Shown: in pieces, positions 56,204-64,000 of the stretch | Layout of the letters: each line of letters opens with the position of its first letter | Position numbering within the stretch: position 1 is the first letter of the stretch | NCBI GenBank assembly: GCA_963693365.1 | Contig: CAVNZM010000006.1 | Location: 5,311,264 to 5,375,263 of the forward strand | Source of the DNA: Amoebidium appalachense | Lineage: Eukaryota; Protista; Ichthyosporea | Direction of reading: 5' to 3' | Length of the DNA stretch: 64,000 nt | Position numbers and translations under genes: made by a program | Notes under the pieces: model-generated | The model's database searches: none | Seen by the model: only the letters and a program-made list of their open reading frames with translations | What the model was told of the DNA's origin: nothing

Positions 56204-58726
56204 AACCACGCACCCGTCAAAAGGAAAAGAGCACCTCCAAAGTTCTCCCTGCTTCCACACCCTTCCAACGTTTACCCATCTTCTAAGTTGTACGAGCTTC
56301 TGCTAGACACTCTTGCATGCCGGCACCTGCAAACACACGCATACGTGTGCTTGTGCCCGCACTCACACACAAGCTAACCCTTCATCATGCTCAGGAACAT
56401 GAGAAACGCATGCAGCCTCTGAAGAAGCTCGCATCTTGGGTGCATCAGGTCGTTTTCAAGCATGGAACCCGGCCCCCTCGCCAAGCAAACACAGCGGAGG
56501 GCCCATACTTGGGCCAGCTTTTTCTCAAGGGAACAAGAGCAGAGATGCGGTACAAGGAGCTTAAACGCGCTGGGAAATGGAGGGAGCCTGGGTCCGGATC
56601 GCCGGTGGTAATCCGCGAGATTCACGCGACACTGCGTGGAATGGGGAAGCTGGAATGGGTAGATATGTTGTATCAGATGGTGATTGGGCAGGTGAGGAGA
56701 CTTGGCCCTATCGCGCTTGCGGAAATCCGGAGAAATGAGAGGAAGAGTGGAAGGTGTGTGCGCTGTTTTTGTCCAAAATGTTTGATGCTTTTATCGTGTG
56801 TACGTGCCTTTCTGCCACTCTCCCCCTTCCCCCCTCCCCACGTCCCCCCCCTCTCCTCCAACCCCTCCCCCCCCCCCCCCCCCCCCCCCCGGCCTCCCCT
56901 TCCACTCCTCTCCCCAAGTGCACACACAGCGACAATATACATGAGAGCACTGTTGGTGGTGGTTCCGTTCGGACTTGTGTCAACCCCCCCCCCCCCCCCC
57001 CCCCTTCCTCTCTCGCAACACTTTTCAGGTCGGATGAGTTATTCAGTTGATGCTGTATTTGGTTTGTTCACATGCGACGTGAATGGTTTGGAACTTGGGT
57101 ACTAAATTTAAATATTTTGTTTAAATTTAGTTTAAATATTTGAATTTTTTCGCATCCCAGAGGGTAGTGGTAGGCTCTCCTTTTGATGCACATGCTTGGT
57201 GTGTGCACTTTATTGCAAAATCTGCATGGTGTTACATATTGTGAATATGTGTTTCGTACTCTGTAACTCATCCTAACCTCCCCCCCCCCCCCCTCCCCTC
57301 CTCCCTTACACATATACATCCACCCACACCCGCACACCCACATTCACTCACTCACTCTCTCACTCACTCACATATGTTCACGCGTTCGTACACCCTCACA
57401 CCCACACCCACTCTTACACGCACACATACACGTACCCATACACACGTACACGCACACATAAACACATACGCATACACACACGTACACGTACACGTACACG
57501 TACACGTGTACGTACACTTACACGTACACAGCTACACCTTGTCTGATATTGAGCGCTATGTGATATCCGATGGTCCCATGGTTGGTCAGTACGGCATGCG
57601 GGCAAAACGCGCCCTAAAAGCCCCCCGAATTTTGGGGCCTTACCCAGGCGCCCTGCTCACAGACCCTGAATTTCAGCAGCTTGTAAGGACCCCCCCCCCC
57701 CCTCCCCTCCCCCCCCCCCCCCCCTCCCCCGCGCCTCCTGTACGGGCATACGTACCCTGGCACGTGCATGGGTTTGTAGATGCCAACACAGCCCCCCCCC
57801 TTCCCCCCCCCCCCCCCCATTCCCCCCCAATTCCGAGCCCCAACTTCATACCCACTCTAGAACCTTTTATAAACCCCCCTCCCCCCCCCTCCCCCCCCCC
57901 CAAAAAAAAAAAACCGCCCGCCCCTTCCCCTTCCCTTCCCTTCGGCCCCCCAGGTGCCTGTGATGGACCAGCCCAAGCACCTCCTATACCACATGAGCGC
58001 TGGGGACAGCGTGGGGGGGTTTTTCATCGACCCTCTCGAGGCGCGCACCAACCACTGCACCATCAACGACCTTGTGTTGATAAACGACTGCAGGACAGAC
58101 CCTCTTGGACCCCCCCTCGGAAATCCACACCTGGAAAGGTGCGTAGTCTAAGACGTGGTGCATGTAGTTTCGATTAATTTTGGAATTTCTTTCCTATTCC
58201 TACTTCCTGTATGTAGATGGAGAGTGTGTGTGGGTGGGGGCAGGGAAAGGAGAGAGACGGGGGAGGGGGGGGGGGGGGGGGGGGTAAGGCAAAGGAAATG
58301 GAGGAGAGGCGGGTGGGGAGCGGGGGGGGGGGGGGGGGGTAGTTTCGGGGAAGAGGTGGGGGGGAGGGGAGGGGGGGGGGGGGGGGAGAGAGAGAGAGAG
58401 AGATGTGTATCGGCTTTCGAATGAATCGCCGTACTTTTCATGGTCATATGATGTCTGTTGAAGGCTGGTTTTGCAGTCGTGTGCTTGTGTGTGTGTATGT
58501 AGGAGTAGGTGAAGTGGTAATTCGTCATGTTCGATTGAAATATAATAGCTTTTTGGTTATGATTCCGTTATTAATTGGAATATGTGATGTTGATTTGGAG
58601 GGAGCTACAGCCATTGTGTGGTGGCGACCCAAAGAAATTGGGACGGTGCTTGAGAAGTGGTGGAAGAAATGCATTTGTTGTGGGCGTGAGAGGAAGGGGG
58701 GGAGAGGGTGTATTGTTTTGTGTCTG

Positions 58727-58771
<45 letters not shown>

Positions 58772-59582
58772 TGCTTGGTGTGTGTGCATGTGCATGTGCA
58801 TGTGCGTGTGACTGTGTGAACACGTGTGCGCGGTTGTCCTGTGTGTGTCTTGTGTCCTCTCTGTGTGAGAGAGCGAGTGTATGTGTGTGCATGCTGCATG
58901 GGGTGGGTGCGTGTGTATGTGTGCTTGGTATGTGTGTGCGTGTGGGAGAGGGGGGAGGGGGGAGATGACGTTTCTGACTTGATGACAACTCATGTTCTCC
59001 CTTCAGTTTTTCCCCTCCCTCCCCTTCCCTCCCCCCCCTCCCCCCCCTCCCCCCCCCCCCCCCCCCCCCCCCCTTGCCTGTGTGCTTTGCAAACTGCATT
59101 GCACTATCCGTCATGAGCGCGTACTTCGCACCCCTTAACACATTCTAACACCCCCCCCCCCCCCCTCCCCCCTCCCCCCCCTCTTCTGCTCAGACTGCGG
59201 CTGGAAGAGGAGGCAGGGAGGCAGAACGTAGCCACTGTGCACGTGACTTTGGATAACGACTGGGTGGTGGTCCTGTCTGTGCTCATAAAGGGTATGTGTG
59301 TGTGTGTGTACGTGTGGGTGTATACGTGTGGGTGTGTGGGTGTGGGTGGGTGGGTGTGTGTGTGTGTGTGTGCGTGTGTGTAGGGGGTGGGGGGGGGGGG
59401 AAGGGGGGGGGGACGTGTATGTTTAAATGGAAACATTTGATGGCCCCTTTACCATTCCGTTTTCCACCCCTCGTTTCCTACGTGTCTTGCATGCATTCGT
59501 GGATACATTGCATTAAGCTCCAGGGCAATCGTTGCAGATGGTTTGTGTTTCTGCAAATATTGTGACAGCAGGCGCACACGCG

Positions 59583-59622
<40 letters not shown>

Positions 59623-59945
59623 CATTTGTGCCAAGGACACCATACATAGGGGCACATGGGCCAACCTCTCTACTATTGGGGCGGGGGGGGAGGGGGGGGG
59701 GGGGAGGGGGGGGAGGGCTTGCTGTTGTGTCGATTGATATTCCTGCCTCTAACAAGCACATCTTTCTTTCCTTTTTTTTCTTCTTTCCCGTCATTTTGTA
59801 TCTCTTTGTTTGGTTAAATTTTCCATTGTTTTGGTGTCTGAATGTGTGTGTCTTTGTTTTTATTTATTTATTCATTCAATCATTCATTCATTCATTCATT
59901 CATTCATTCATTCATTCAATTGTTTGTTCCTTTTTTTTTTTTTGT

Positions 59946-59992
<47 letters not shown>

Positions 59993-61482
59993 TGGGGAGG
60001 AACACGACTCGGGGGCGTCTTTAGTTTCAAGTTTCGTTTCACTCTTAACTCTGGACCCCTCCTCTCCTCTCCCCATTTTCCGTCCTCTCCATCCTTTTGT
60101 ATTCCTTTCCTACTTCTCCGAGGAGGCAGCGGCGGCTTTCCGGTGCAATTGGGTAGGAGACGGGAGGGGAAGTGGGGGGAGGAGGGCTGGGTGTGTGTGT
60201 GGGGGGAGGGGGGGGGGGGGGGGGGGGACTGGGGGAGGGAGAGAGAGAAGGGGGAGGGGGGGGGGAGGGAGAGAGGGAGAGAGAGAGATAAAAAGGGGGT
60301 GGGGGAGGTGGGAAAGGAAGTTCGGAAGCTTACCACATCCATTGAGTCGGCTATTTTTAGTGTAGAAAAGACTATTGATTAATGTCTCGCGCAAATTCTT
60401 TCAGACGTGGAGGCTGGGGGGGTTCTATGGACCGACTACGGGGAGGGGTTCTTCACCTCTGCATCTCCCAAGGTACGTGTATGCATGTGTGTGTACGTGT
60501 GTGCATGTGTGTCTACGTGTGTGCATGTGTGTGTACGTGTGTGTACGTGTGTGCATGTGTGTGTACGTGCACGTGCACGTGTGTGCATGTGTGTGTACGT
60601 GTGTGCATGTGTGTGTACGTGTGTGTACGTGTGTGCATGTGTGTGTACGTGTGTGTACGTGTGTGCACGTGTGTGTACGTGTGTGTACCTGTACGTGCAC
60701 GTGCACGTGCACATGCAGGGGATGGAGAGCAACGTGCGCGTAGGCGGTAGGTGTGGTTATGTGGGTGGTTGGGGGGGGGGGGGGGGGAGGGTATGGGTGG
60801 GTGGGTAGGTAGGTGTGGGTTTGTCGTTGTGTATGAGTCTTGTTGTTTGTGCCCATACTTGTATGTATGCGGGTTTAGAGGCTTTGGGTGATGGTGTTTG
60901 TCATGGGTGTGCGTATACGGTGGGTGTGTGTGTGTGTGTGTGTGTGCGTGTGCGTGTGCGTGTGCGTGTGCGCCCGCGCGCGCGCTCGTCTGTGTGTGTG
61001 TGTGTGTGTGCGTGTGTTTTGTTTGGGGGGGGGGGGGGGGGGGGGGGGTATTTAAAGAACTGTGCCACACATCCCCTTCCCCCCCCCCCCCCCCCCCCTC
61101 CTCTCTCTCCCCCTCCCCGTCAGGCACTGATTAAGAGCCCTCTTCCTTTAGATGACTGATTTGGCTTCTGCTTTGTTTTATCGTCTTTGTTGGCTTTCAT
61201 ATGTCGTTGCTTCCATGTTTACAACCCTTTGATTCTTGCCCCCCCCCCCCCCCCCCCCCCCACCCCCCCCCCACCCTCGGATAATGGGCTTTGTTCAAGC
61301 ATCCCCTGCTTTAACCTTTTTTAATGTGTCCTTTGTTTTTTAATCTTTGTGGGGGCTTTTTTGTGTCCTTTTTAGCATCGTAGTTGCCACACTCTAATTC
61401 ATGCCCCCCTCCCCCCAACACACACACACACACACACACACATGCTCAATTGCTCTCTCACTCACACTACACCCACTCTCAC

Positions 61483-61522
<40 letters not shown>

Positions 61523-61578
61523 CAACAACACACACACACACAAACACACACATACACACACACACACACGCACACGCA

Positions 61579-61617
<39 letters not shown>

Positions 61618-61620
61618 CCT

Positions 61621-61669
<49 letters not shown>

Positions 61670-62962
61670 ACACACACCCTCCCCTTCAAAAAAAAAAAAA
61701 AAGGATGCGGAGGTATACGGGCAGCTCAAGCAGTGTGCCCAGGCACTAAACGGCCAACCGGTTCCCATCCCCCTAGACAGCAGCTACCACCTGACCCCCC
61801 TGGTCGACCTCGAAAATTCGCAAAAATCGGTGCCCCTCTCCCCTCCCACCACCCCGAGCTCGCCCGATATTACGAACGCGAATTCAACTTCAAAGAACGA
61901 AAGAAAACGCGGAGCTGCCGACACCGACGTTATCTGGGTCGATCCAAACCCGGAAGACGGGCCGGAGAATGCAAAAACGAACGGGAAAACGGAAAAGGCG
62001 ACCAAGAGTACACACCAGCAGCAGAGCAAAAAGACAAAACCGGATTTGGAATCACGGGATTCCCAATCCCCTCCGGCTCTCGCATCTGCAAACGAGTCGA
62101 ATCCCAGCGAAATGGAGCCGGATATTCCTGATTTCGTCAGCGTCCGTGGGCCGATGTGGAGACGGTTCGAAACCGACCCGTTACCAGATTACGAATCGGG
62201 TCAGAACGAAGCAAGCGAGCAGGGGGTAGAGGAGAGTGTAGATTCGGTGGATTCTGTGGACGTTGAAGTTATACAAGACGCGGAAGAAACTGTTTCAGAA
62301 ATTCCCGTACATGAAACCGAAAATCCGGAAATTGAAATCCCCGACGAGAACGCGGTCCCGAAACCGGCCAAGAGGAAAAGGGGAAGACCTCCCAAAGAAC
62401 CGTCGGGCCCCAGCCAGGAAGATATGCCCATGGGTCCGCCACCGGATTTGGAATATTGGCAACATCCTCCGGAAATGTTTCCGAACCCCGATATGATAAT
62501 GCCGCCACCACCAAACATGATGCCTCCGCCAAACATGTTGTTCCCGAACGCCGGCATGGTGAATCCGAATTTCCAGTTTCCGTATCCCGGATTTCCGCAA
62601 TGGACCCCGGGTATAATGCTCATGGATCCCACGCAAACGGCAGATGGCGCCGAGTGGGGTACCAACGGCGACGGACGAGTGAAGAAGGGGGGTCTAAGAA
62701 GAAATTACCGAAAAACGGAAACAGGAAAAGCAAATCATCATCCTCGGAGAGCGAAGAAGACGGATCGCTTTCGGACAACATGCCGATACAGCACACTTTG
62801 AACAAAAAGATGACAAAATCGAAACCGAAAACCCCCGTTTCGGCGCCTTTGTCGGCGACGGCGACGTCGAAAAAGAAAACGTCGAGAAAGGGGTCTGTAC
62901 AGTCTGGAGGAGGGGTGATGCTGTATGAGAATGGGCACGAGGTGATTGTGTTGGATGATTGA
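55375..62962 (+). CDS. SET-domain protein with N-terminal coiled coil, AT-hook and low-complexity C-terminus
   Basis: Exons 55375-55503, 56395-56753, 57532-57682, 57954-58138, 59194-59291, 60405-60472 and 61704-end are phase-compatible. SET motifs [45 protein letters not shown]; AT-hook KRKRGRPPK. As assembled the frame stops at 62801; a probable frameshift near 62650 would extend it to 62962 (..HEVIVLDD). Confidence 0.8.
60475..60715. repeat. Intronic (GTGTAC/GTGTGCAT) purine-pyrimidine minisatellite
   Basis: Continuous alternating GTGTACGTGTGTGCAT units immediately after the donor of SET exon 6. Confidence 0.85.
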
Positions 62963-62970
62963 TTGCACCC

Positions 62971-63022
<52 letters not shown>

Positions 63023-64000
63023 TCGAGGGTGGGGTTCCATTTCTCAGATGGCTCCTTGCTCGTGTGTGAACCCTACAGGCACATGTATGTGCACACGCCT
63101 TAACACCCATTTACAAACACACGAAGAAAGATGGGATTTGGTGGGGGGGGTTTGGGGAGGAGCCGTGGGGGGGGCCCCTTATTTTACGTGTGTGTGTCTG
63201 TGTGTGTTCCATACGTGTGTGTGTGCTTGTGTGCAGGGAATAATATGGTCCAGTGTGTGTTCGTCAACCCTCTCAATGATAGCATAAGAAAAAATAACAT
63301 GGCATGAGGCACGTGTGTGTGTCGTTGACATACGGCGACACCATATGTGTGTATAATAGTAAAAAGCTGCAGTGGCCGGGGGGTAGCTACGGAGGGTTTG
63401 TGTGTGCGGACGCCATGATGTTTTTGTGACAGTCTGCGATGTGTATGTGCATAATCAATATTAAGTGAGACGGTGTGAGGATTGGTGGGCCTTGCGGTGC
63501 GTGTGTGTGTGTGTGTTTGGGGGGAGGGGGGGGGGGGGTTGTTGTTTGTGTGTGTACACATGTGTGTTGGGGAGGAGAGGGGGGGGGGGGTTGTTTGTGT
63601 GTGTGTGTATGTGTGTGTGTGTGTGTGTACAGGTTGGTCATATATGCGGGCCACACGGTGTGTTGAGGGGGGCAGGGCAGGGGAGAGGGGGGATGGTAGA
63701 GAGAGAGAGAGAGAGGGTGGGGAGGGAGGGAGAGAAAGAGAGAAGAAATAGATGGAGCTCTGAGAGATAAAGAGGGAGGGAGACGTCGGAGAGGGAGGGG
63801 GAGAGAGAGCTTTTGAACAAGAGACTGAGAGGTAGAGACAGGCAGGCAGACAGAGACGGGGGGGGGGGGGGGGGAGAGAGAGAGAGTGTGTGTGTGTGTG
63901 TGGCTGTGTGGGTGTGTGTGCGCGCGCGTGTGCAGTTGTCGGGGGAGGGGGGCGGGGGGAGGGGGGGGGGATATAAACAGCGCTACAGGTACTAGATGGA

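Overview
Eukaryotic genomic DNA. A bona fide tyrosine kinase points to a holozoan, possibly a unicellular one, but that is inference. Introns are saturated with poly-G/poly-C tracts and (GT)n/(CA)n microsatellites, so most of the ORF track is low-complexity noise. Manual splicing (GT-AG, phases checked) recovers a cathepsin B-like protease (minus strand, last exon outside the window), a disrupted GT8 glycosyltransferase, NDUFAF8, an orphan 7TM protein and a SET-domain/AT-hook protein. It also recovers a 17-exon, ~1579-aa gene fusing an LHFPL/claudin-type four-TM domain to a coiled coil, a tyrosine kinase and a YDN-rich tail, plus an intron-containing Dada-like DNA transposon with an embedded WRN-type DEDDy exonuclease. 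The most interesting items are the tetraspan tyrosine kinase, the Dada-like element and the polarised microsatellite layout of the introns. All family assignments come from recalled motifs, not database searches.
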